Below, piece after piece: positions 53,854-64,000 of a DNA stretch of 64,000 nt. The notes under the pieces are model-generated. The model worked only from the letters and a program-made list of their open reading frames with translations. It was not told the origin of the DNA and ran no database searches. The stretch's first letter is position 1; the number at the start of each line of letters is the position of its first letter. Source of the DNA: Perna viridis (Eukaryota); contig CM074515.1 of NCBI GenBank assembly GCA_037379345.1, positions 21,576,001 to 21,640,000 of the forward strand, written 5' to 3'. The position numbers were made by a program, and so were the translations under genes.

Positions 53854-54226
53854 ACTTCAATTGATTCTGATTACACATGGTACTTATACTTTGTCTAATG
53901 AGAATCTAGGAACTTGTCCATAAATTCTGAAGGTTTATAGTGGAAGGTCACAGTTGGACTTCTTTAGGATTTATTTGGTTTATACATACGAACAGTCCGT
54001 GGAAAATTTTTATAAAAGTTTGAGATCAAAGATCAAAGTCACAAAAGTGGTTTTTTTTCTTAAAAAAACAAGGGCTTTTTTTAATGTTGGTTTTTGTTTT
54101 TTACCTTCAAAGTATTTGTTTTCCATATTTATCATATTGATAAAATTGGTAATACCACATTTACATGTTATAGTAAAGTTAAAGAGTCTTAAGAACTATG
54201 TAAACCACTGATCGTTTTTAGTACTA

Positions 54227-54433
54227 CTGTGAAAGTACTATTGTTCATGGTGTACCAATTTTCGTGGATTTAATAGGTAAGGTAAACCACAAAATTGGGT
54301 TCCCAGCAAAAATGATTGTTTACTTTAAATTGTATGACAGGATTATCAAAACCATGAATTTAAGAATCCAAGAACTTGTGCTTTTCCCCTAAACCACGAA
54401 AATTGATATCCACGAATATAAGTGCTTTCACAT
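54227..54433 (+). mobile_element. TA-flanked MITE, copy 3
   Basis: TA|CTGTGAAAGTACT ... AGTGCTTTCACAT|TA. Confidence 0.75.
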
Positions 54434-55584
54434 TATTGTCTTTGATTACCATTGGAAGAACTGGTGTCAGGTAGTCAGTTGTAGAGAGTTTTGGTTCCCT
54501 TTTTTTGGAAAGAGGGTTTAGGGGAGCTGACTGATTCCTTATTTTATTGCCGTTCATATGACCTTTGTAAATGGAGAATAAGTTTACTGGTACTTCATTG
54601 GTAGTACCAAAGGTACTTTTACTATTATGGTTAAGTCTTTTATCTTTTATATTTTCAATACACATGTAAACTTCATTAAAAATTGATTTCCAAAACAATT
54701 TAATTTAAATAAAAGCAACTGTAAATCAATTAGGTTACCTGCAAGTCAGATTAACTTTCTCAAGAAAACATAGTGAGAAAATCATTGAAGCCTTTATAGT
54801 ATTACGTAACAAGTCTAAAGGTTGTTTCCGTTAATTCTTTATGTTTTGCAAAAGATTGATTGATCGATTGATTACCTGAGTTGAACTTGGATTTTAATGC
54901 TATTACAGCCATCTTAGGTCATGCTTAGCAGATATGTGATGCTGAAATATGGAGAGATAACCATCATCAGGTTGGAAAACAATTGTTTATAGGATTTACC
55001 AAAGTCAGTTGATGACTGCTAGTTTATCTCTTCTCAAAGGTCAAGGGATTAAAATATGATATTGGTTGATGAATCTGTAATCTAAAATATGCTAATGAGT
55101 TTGAATAATTTAATAGATTTGGAAAAAATTGCATTTAAATTGAAGTTTTAGCATAATTGATTTCTAACAAAGGAAAAATTTCATGGGTACTCTTGTTTAA
55201 AACATTTTAAAACTTGAAGGATGTTTGATGCTAACACAAAAATGATTTCATCAGCAATTGATTGAATTTGTTTTTGATTATCATCACGCAATTGTTAGTG
55301 TCTGGAGTCTATAAAGAAACACATGTTTACTGATTTTGTTTGGCCTTAGAGATTTATAAATTAAGTTCTATGGTACTTTGGAAGTCCACTTTCTTACTTC
55401 ATATGACATAAATAGAGCATTGGACTTAGTGCAGACACTGTTGCCATAGATATCAGAGCGTAGAAGGGGTTCAAATCATGCTGAGAAAGCAAGTAAATTT
55501 GCGTCCTTGCATCAATTTTAGAGTTTAAATGGACCTTAAGTAGACTTTAAAAATGTTCTTTTTTTCATCTTTGCATCAACATTT

Positions 55585-56432
55585 AATGTTGATCCTAGCT
55601 GTGTTGATGTTGATACTGGCTGTGTTAATGTTGATCCTAGCTGTCTTGATGTTGATCCTAGCTCTCTTAATGTTGATCCTGATCCTAGCTGTGTTAATCT
55701 TGATCCTAACTGTCTTGATGTTGATGTTGATTCTAGCTCTCTTAATGTTGATCCTAGCTCTCAGTGTTGATCCTGATCCTAGCTGTCTTAATGTTGATGT
55801 TGATCCTAGCTCTCTTAATGTTGATCCTGATCCTATCTGTGTTAATGTTGATCCTAGCTCTCTTAATATTAATCCTGACCCTAGCAGTGTTAATGTTGAT
55901 AATAGCTGTCTTAATGTTGATGTTGATCCTAGCTCTCTTAGTGTTGATCCTGATCCTAGCTGTGTTAATGTTGATCCTAACTGTCTTAATGTTGATGTTG
56001 ATCCTAGCTCTCTTAATGTTGATCCTGATCCTAGCTGTGTAAATGTTGATCCTAACTGTCTTAATGTTGATGCTGCTCCTAGCTGTGTTAATGTTGATCC
56101 TAGCTGTCGATTATAGCTTTGTTAATGTGGATTGTAACTTTGTTAATGTTGATTCTAGCTTTTTTAGTGTTGATTGTAGCTTTGTTATTGTTGATCCTGG
56201 CTTTGTTAATGTTGATTGTACTTTGTTATTGTTGATCCTAGCTGTGTTAATGTAGATCCTAGCTGTCTTCATGTTGAGGTTGATCCTAGCTGTTGATCCT
56301 TGCTTTGTTAATGTTGATCCTAGCTTTGTTATTGTTGATCCTAGCTGTGTTAATGTTGACCATAGCTTTGTTAAAGTTGATCCTAGCTTTGTTATTGTTG
56401 ATCCTGGCTGTATTAATGTTGATCCTAGCTTT
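55585..56432. repeat. 21/27-bp minisatellite array
   Basis: Unit aatgttgatcctagctgtgtt with 6-bp (gttgat or gatcct) insertion variants. Confidence 0.95.
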
Positions 56433-57771
56433 GTATGCTATATGGTTATATAGTTCTGTACTATCAGTAACATTGTAGAGTTTCCCACATCTCATTAGAC
56501 TATTTTTTTTAAATTTCCTTATAACAAATAAATCTTATTGCTCTATTTAACTAAAAAAAGTGATGACATGAAAACTGTTCATTTTCAGAATCCATAAAAT
56601 ATTAAAAACCAGTAAAATATATATACTAACAATACTTCACATTATTTTTTTTATTTTTTTTTTTGATAAAAAATTCAAGTTAATGAGCCTGTACTTTTTG
56701 TTTACATATCACGATCAAATGATATAATGATTATGTCATTTATGAATAATTGAATTTGACAAAGTTGTTGTTGTGCTAATTACTTATAGTGAAAACGATT
56801 GAAATATTATTATCATGATACCACTAGAATTACAGAAAAAGTTTCTAATTTCTCTACAATCAATAAAACAATAGAGCCTTTGATGAGGGTCTATCATCAA
56901 ACAATTCCACTACAAATTCTCCCCTGATTGGTGGACATGGATTCTTGGGACAAACAGAGAATTTATTATTGTGAGGTGTGTCGCAATTATCAAAATTACT
57001 GCATTGACATTTCAGTAACTGGAGTCCACAGTGCTTAGAATTATTAGCAAAAAAATCTATATACTGAGATAGAATGATATAACCATTATCATAAACTGTA
57101 AAGGTGTTGAACTGTGGGTAATCATAAAACAGAAAGTCTACATCCTGTCAGAGATACACTTCTATTGATTCATTCACATTTTTTTAAGGACAAAAATAAA
57201 ATGAGGATGTTCCAATAATGGACTTGATTAATGTGAGGAGTTTTTAACTTTATGGGATCTTATCATGATTTTCTGATTGCTTTGGAAGCCTTTTATGATT
57301 TCTCTACACTTTAGTGAATTTAGAGATGTTGGAAAGTTCATTAAAGTATGCTGTAGTGTTGTGGTGAATTCTACGATACATGGATCATTTAAACCCAACA
57401 TTGGTGTTCTGATAGCTGCTTTACTCATGTACATTTAAACATGAGGAAATTGGGTTTTTGTGGACATGCTAATAGCCGTTGTTTGTATTGGTTATACAAT
57501 TTTCCATGAAAAATTGCCAAAGTCACGCATATTCTCTATATCTGTTAATTTCATAATTTTATTTATATTTACCGGTGAGTTACGACTAATCATTGGAAAT
57601 ATACAGCAAAATTATCTTGTAAAATATTTCTGTTATGTTCTATTGATTCTGTTAAATATTTATAAAGAATAGAATTTATTTTACAATATATGTAAACTGT
57701 GTATTGAAGACCAATTATTTGCAATGATGATTGAGGAAAATATAATTGACAGTTAATCACTCTTTGATCTG

Positions 57772-57861
57772 ATTATAAGGCAGTCTCGAGTAAAGACCGA
57801 ACCGTTACAGCAAGTTGCAGCAGGTACCTGCTATTTATTATTAGAGGTGCATTAATTCTTA
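57772..57861 (+). promoter_or_regulatory. Candidate TATA-type core promoter and 5' UTR of the 57862 exon
   Basis: TATAAGG at 57774-57780, 88 bp before the ATG, followed by a local CpG cluster (tctcgag, accgaaccg) in otherwise CpG-poor DNA. Confidence 0.4.
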
Positions 57862-58937
57862 ATGCAAAGTTCTGCTAATTGGAAAATGGATTTGAGTGGA
57901 ATTTTCTCAGAGTATAGGAGAAAAAATGGGATTTCTCACCAGGTTGGAGATGTGGGAAAATCAGCTATGCCAGGATTTAGTAACCTGACTTATGGAAATA
58001 AGAGCAGTTTGTCACTGGACTCTCCAACACGGACTGAGAAATTACAGGTAACTTTCTCAACTCAAAGGGAAGAGCGAGTAAAGGATATTGAACGTGACTC
58101 TGGTATTGAAATTTTAAATAACAAAACAATTGATAGTGGGTCTAAAAATTCTGACAAGTTTTTGAATAGCTTAAGTAACAGTAACACTGTAGATGATGGT
58201 TTTGTTGATATATCTAGTCCAAACGATAGCGATTCAACATCATCTGTGGAATCCAAAATTTCCATTCAGAGTGTCAGAACACCAACTGACATGGCAATAG
58301 CAAGGATAGTGGACAGTAATGGTGGACAGGCCTCACCCTCGGTCAGAACACCACAGAAAAATGTTAGAATCAGTCTCTCTAGACCTGAAGTAATGCAGAA
58401 AACAAGTTCAGGGATAATGTCAAAACCAGGAACACCACAAAAATGCATTGCATCAAAACCAGGAACACCTCAGAGGTGTTCCACTGGTGTTTCTCCTCAG
58501 CATAGTACATCACAAAAAGCAAGCTGTTTGAAAAAGATAGCTGTGAATTCTCCATGTACAAGTAGGGAGCTAGACTTAGTTATGAATCATCATCGAACAA
58601 GTCGGGAGCAGGACAGAGTAGCTTGTTTACATAAGAGAACCATGTCTGCAGACAGATTTGCAAATCACAGCTTGAGCGATTCAAGGAGTAACCTAGGACC
58701 ACCTTTGAATATAAAACACTATAAGAAACAACAGGAGTCTCTTTTCGCAGAGAATAGGAATTATGATCAGTTGTTCCAGAATTTATCACTACGCAGTGAA
58801 ATGAAAAGTCGCCAGGAATTTAACAGTAAGAGTGATATAGATGATATGGAATTATTACCCTCATATTTTAATTCTCAAGGATTTCAACTGGATTATTGTT
58901 GGTTCTGTGGAAGACCTATGAATCTGAATAGTTCAAG
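57862..58937 (+). CDS. Probable alternative first coding exon of the PHLDB-like gene (or first exon of a nested gene); about 358 aa, Ser-rich, with a C-terminal CWFC motif
   Basis: 359-codon ORF with higher GC than its flanks. In-frame stop at 57853 just upstream of the ATG. The ORF stop (58939-58941) lies inside a strong donor, TCAAG|gtaagg, of phase 2, the same phase as the donor at 36904. Confidence 0.7.
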
Positions 58938-60031
58938 GTAAGGGCATCAGGGATATTTCTCTGTTAAGAAGGAATTTTCTACTGTTAGTAAATAGTCCAG
59001 TTTTGGGGTAGACTTATATTTTTTCGTGGTCTTCTGATTGTTTGTGTGTGTGTGTTTTTCTTTTGTTTTGATCTATAAAACACATTTTAAGACTCTTGTG
59101 AAGGTACATTGCTGTATGTTAACAACAATGCCACCAAGCTAATGTACTATGTAAGATTCACTGACTTCGTGTATTGTGTAACTTCAGTCAATTGTAGTCT
59201 TTTTTTTTTCTTGTTTGTCTACTGATGCTGAAGAAGAGGATATTTTGTGTCCAATTTATGGTACTATGAGTATAATTAACTAAGGAAAATAACGAGAAGA
59301 CACATAAAAAACACCTTTGTTGTAAAATAATCTGATCTTTGTATAGCTTCATTCCAAGAGTCAATTGAACTTAACACTCCCGGTGAATTATTTGTCTGAT
59401 CTTTGGTTTATAGCTGCTAGCCAATCATAAATGAATTGTCTAGTTACAGCAGTATTGCTGCGAAACTAAAACCCCTCAAGACCTTTCGTCCATTTTAGTC
59501 TTCTAATTAAATTTAATTTTCTTGGCTTCTTTCCTGTTTTTGGCTGTGCTAAGATGAAAATTTAAATGTCATTACCAGCAATGAAATTTTATCAATAATT
59601 GACATTATACAGCAGATAACAGGAGTATATATTTCTTTTTTTCCTGTTATACAAAGTTTCCAAATTAAAGAGATTTTAATTGAATTGATTTGTCTTATAG
59701 TGCTTATCATTAGACTTCAATTTTCTGTGATTTTTGTCCTTTTTTTCCCTGAATGCAGATTTTTAAACATATTTCTTATTGGATAAAATTGCAGTTATTC
59801 TAAATCATGCTCCAAGGTATACCCTATGTATCAGTACCAGTGATCCTTATATTTACCTTCAGTATCTATATCAAGGCCTGCATTGTTCTTCAGGTTTCAC
59901 CTTAATCAATATGAAGGCTTTAAGTGCTTCTAATTTTCCTTAGGTATCAATTTCTTGGCCAGAAATACTCTTCAGATTTAACCTTAAATATTAATATCAA
60001 TATCTGTCTCTCAGATTTACCCTAAGTATAA

Positions 60032-60151
60032 ATATCAATGCCTAAAGTGCTCCTCGGATGTACCTTAGATATCAATGCCTAAAGTGCTCCTCGGATGTAC
60101 CTTAGATATCAATGCCTAAAGTACTCCTTGGATGTATCTTAGATATCAATG
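60032..60151. repeat. 37-bp minisatellite x3, with decayed units upstream to about 59810
   Basis: Unit atatcaatgcctaaagtgctcctcggatgtaccttag. Confidence 0.9.
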
Positions 60152-63100
60152 AAATGTTTGACCTAGTGAAATACAAAAATGACACCCCTCTATCCTTCCC
60201 GAAGAATTTCGACACTTTCAGTATTGAGAATCTTCTCATGCAAAAATATGATAAAAATTAATTTAGTCAAATACAATGTACAGTATGTATGTGTTTTGGA
60301 ATGATACAAGGGAAATATAGTGGTAAAAATATGTACGTAAGTTCCATATCAGTGGGTCTTTTACTTGAGATACACAAACTTTGGATAATACAGAGATGTT
60401 TTCATTAATTAGTTCAAAATATACAAATTAGTTAAAATAATTATGAATTTCCATTATGAACTTTTAGCATTACTGAAGTTAGAGTTTTGTCAATGTTGAA
60501 AAAATGGAATCACATTTTTCCCAAAATTTACTATAATAAAAACATGCAGTTATAACTGAATTTACAATATACTAACCTGGAACATGAAAGAGACTTATTT
60601 GTGGAATGTTTCTTATCAAAAGACTTAAAAAACATTGTCATTATTTTATTGCAATGTTATCCAACAGCAACTACGCAGACTATAAGCATAAAAGATAACT
60701 TATGTAAGCTACAGACACTGTAAGATGTTATAAATACTTTGACATTTTGTTTTATAAGTCTTAAGGAAAATATAGTTCTGGATTATGGAATGCTTGTAAC
60801 CTATATACGACAAGATTGATGTAAACAAAGTTTCTTGATCAGAAAAAGGGTTTTTGTGAGTTTTGATCATGTGATCAGATTTGAATTTCTAGGAGACGTC
60901 CTGTTTTGAATATATAGTTTCTGAAAACCTTGATATTAGTTCAAAAGCAACATGTTTAAGATCTTTCCTTTTGGTTTCCTGAAGGTTTGCAGATTAAACA
61001 GTGAATTCTGCTATAGGGGAATTTTAATATTTTAGGAAGAGCTTTGATGACTTAAAAGTCTTTCTAGATTAAATACTTTGTCTATCTGATCAGCTGGTGG
61101 CATTTACCTGCTCAATAAATCTTTCGCTCTTAAAAACCTCTTTAGTTTAAAAAAAATAACATTTTCAGTTTGACATTTTGTATTTAAAGCAAATTTAATT
61201 AAGTAATACAATGATAATCCAAGAAGACCTTACATACTTTAATCAATGAACTGTACTAAGATTTTTTTCTTTGTAATACACCCCTCCTCAAACAAAACTT
61301 GGGGGTTTGTAGGAATTAGCCAATTTGTCTGTTTTTCACTTTGTTTTTTTTTCACATTTGATGTTAAAGCAATTTCTAAACTATGCAAGGGATTTTGATG
61401 AAAATTCACAGGAAGATTAGGCATCATATATAGTAGTGTGGGGAGGAATATGTTATTACTACAATCATATGAAAGCTGGCATGTATCTTTGAAAAGCAAT
61501 CTGCAACTTAATTGAACCCTTTTTATAAAAAGCTATCCACTGCTAATCAGATATTACCATAAAAATTACAATAGTACTCTTGTATTTAGCTTGACCAATA
61601 GTCCTATGAGTATCATCCAGTATTATTTTAAGCTTCAGTTGTAATAGTGATGCCAACAGGAAATTAGAAATGTTAAGTATCGGTGGATCAGTTTTGTTTC
61701 CGAGAACATGCAGTTATTCTAATTGCTTTAGCACAGCTCCAATACACCAAGTGGTTATATTCGACCATAACAATTTTCCCACACCTCAGGATAATTTGTA
61801 CATCTCCCATTTTCATCTATAATTCACTATTATATAAAAGGTCTGTGTCATGACTAGTAATGTTAGAAAATGTCAAATGCCGAGAAATTTTCTGATGCCT
61901 AATTGGAATAAATATAATGTTATGAGCAAATTATATGGAAAATTATTTCAGAACCCGTTTTGTCTTTTTATGTTCTATTTTACCATATGGGGATTATTAC
62001 ATTGGTTAACCGAAAACAGCTACTGTTTTGAGTTCATCACTAATTGAGAGACCAAAAATATACACTACCAACTATTAATGAGCAAATCAGAGTTTAAAAC
62101 TTGGAGAAAGATTTTAACTTTTAACATCCTAAAAGATTAAAGGCTCCTCTATTATATTAGAATTAATGATGTAGCCCTTTAACAAGAGTACAGACAGTAC
62201 TAATGCCTGAAGTCATGTAATGTCAATTCTGTAGTCCTTTAAAAATCTTTAAATTTTTTTTCTCTTAATTTGTTAAAAAAAAGTGCCTCCAGCTTTTGGT
62301 TTACCTGGGTAGTCAAGGAATCTCATTTATGATTAGTGCTCTGTATGCTTCCTCTCTTTTATTATTCTAATTTGTTGTTGTTGTCTTCTGTTTTTTCCTT
62401 ACCTAGGCATTGCCCTTTGAGACTTGAATCATTACTTTAATTCTAACTGTGCTTTATTTGAAATTTCTTCCATGTTAAGAGGGTTTATAATAAGAACAAA
62501 TATTTTATGGATCTAGATGAATGTGAGGTCTTGAGAACCCTAACCTTTCACAGATTAAACAATCTAGGTGTGGCTCCTTTACATTTTCCTGGAATTATCT
62601 GTTTGAGTAATGACCTCGAAATTTTGTAACTTGAAAGTCAGTGAGTTTGAACCCCCTGATGTTTCAAAAATAATAAGTTATTAACAGAATTCCTGGAAAT
62701 GTAACAGTCAATGACTTATATCTCGATGACATTGAAAAGTGTCAAAATTTGAGGGGAAAAATGGTTTTCCAGTTTGAAAGCATTGTTTTATTTTTACCTG
62801 TTAGAAATCATCCAAGGTTAACCATCGAATTATAGATTTATTTAAGGAATGAGATGTTTTATTTTTACAAGTAGACAGCTGCATTGTGTTTAGAGTGCTG
62901 AACATGCTTCTTTGGTAGTGCTTGGCAAATATATTAGCATTCATAGTTTGTATTAAATCAATGCTAACACAAAAGATCATGGAAACTAATCTTATTGACT
63001 AAGGCTCAGGTGTTCAATGACATTGTTATCAGTGATGTTTGAATAGGGTCAGGAAAAGTCTACCGGAATCTTAGCATTTTAAACTACTATAAGCCATAAG

Positions 63101-63715
63101 GGATTCCCCTCAACGATCATATGTACAGAGATCAAATGCGAGGATGTGACAAGAAGAAATATAATGTACTTAGTTGCAATAAGTTTCATGATAACTATGT
63201 TCCATGGTTTCTGATGGAGTTTGAAATGGAAAAATAGATAAATTTACAACATGTATTTACTAGCTGTACTAGGTCAAAGTTCACAAGGAAGGGTTTGATT
63301 ATTATTCTTGACTATGTCATTCTTGTAATGAACAATACTGTTGGCATTTTAGCATAAACTTGTATTGTACTTCTGTCTGTCTGTATGTCAACAAACATTC
63401 TCTAAACTCCTTCATGAAATTGATATGAAATTTGGCATGCAGCTTCAGCATAAACTTGTTGTGTGTGTTTGAAGTTATGTCATCAGTAACATATTGATAT
63501 AGCTTAGGCACCGTGTCCTTTAAACATTTCTTCTACTCTTTTATACCTGCCAGATATGATAGGGCAGATAGATTATTGAACTCTGTGTCCATGCAGCAGC
63601 ATCTGATTTAAAGTATAGGGTTGACATAAAAAATAAAAAAAAACTCATGCAGACATCATGATATGGAATAAGAAAATAATATGTTATTTTATGGTTCTGT
63701 CAAAAAAGGCTTCTA

Positions 63716-63906
63716 CTGTGAAAATACTATTTTTTATACCAATTTTTGTGGTTTTTGTGGGTGAGTTAAACTACGAAATTTTGTTCTCAATAAAAAGAAG
63801 ATTCATTTGCTGAAAATCTCAAAACCAAGAATTCAAGAATCCATGAACTTGAGTGTCTTCCCTAATACTCGAAAAATAGTGACCATGAATTAAAGTACTT
63901 TCAGAG
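63716..63906 (+). mobile_element. TA-flanked MITE, copy 4
   Basis: TA|CTGTGAAAATACT ... AGTACTTTCAGAG|TA; shares ttcaagaatccatgaacttg with copy 2. Confidence 0.75.
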
Positions 63907-64000
63907 TAATTATATTATTCAGCGAGAAGGCACTGATCATGTTCATGTCACTATTAAACTGTATTGTCATACCAATATTTTTTCTCATCTGATTGCTTTT

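Noticed and set aside
55553-56495. Hydrophobic (MLILA)n and (VDPS)n ORFs as membrane or shell-matrix proteins
   Set aside because: Translation artefacts of a 21/27-bp minisatellite; frames switch mid-array and there is no splice support.

Overview
AT-rich, CpG-poor animal genomic DNA. The repeat content looks bivalve, probably a mytilid mussel (inference from recognition). The window appears to lie inside one large + strand gene, a PHLDB1/PHLDB2 (LL5, pleckstrin homology-like domain family B) orthologue. Nine phase-compatible coding exons (10906-36904, about 1280 codons) can be spliced by hand, including a 2.7-kb Ser/Thr-rich exon and a GC-AG intron. The start exon(s) and the C-terminal PH-domain exons were not found and probably lie outside the window. 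The apparently >27-kb intron after 36904 holds a 359-codon ORF (57862-58941). It has its own TATA-like box and ATG, and its stop codon overlaps a strong phase-2 donor, the same phase as the last canonical exon. It is therefore probably an alternative first exon that puts a new N-terminus on the LL5 C-terminus; that N-terminus carries D-box, beta-TrCP-like, CDK-site and CxxC motifs. Two weaker micro first-exon candidates and a triple p53-family half-site cluster lie in the same intron. The introns also contain a decayed Naiad-like Penelope retroelement with a SECIS-like hairpin, tRNA-derived SINEs, several MITE families (TA, TTA, TTAA, 4-bp and 5-bp TSDs, some nested), many minisatellites and one assembly gap.
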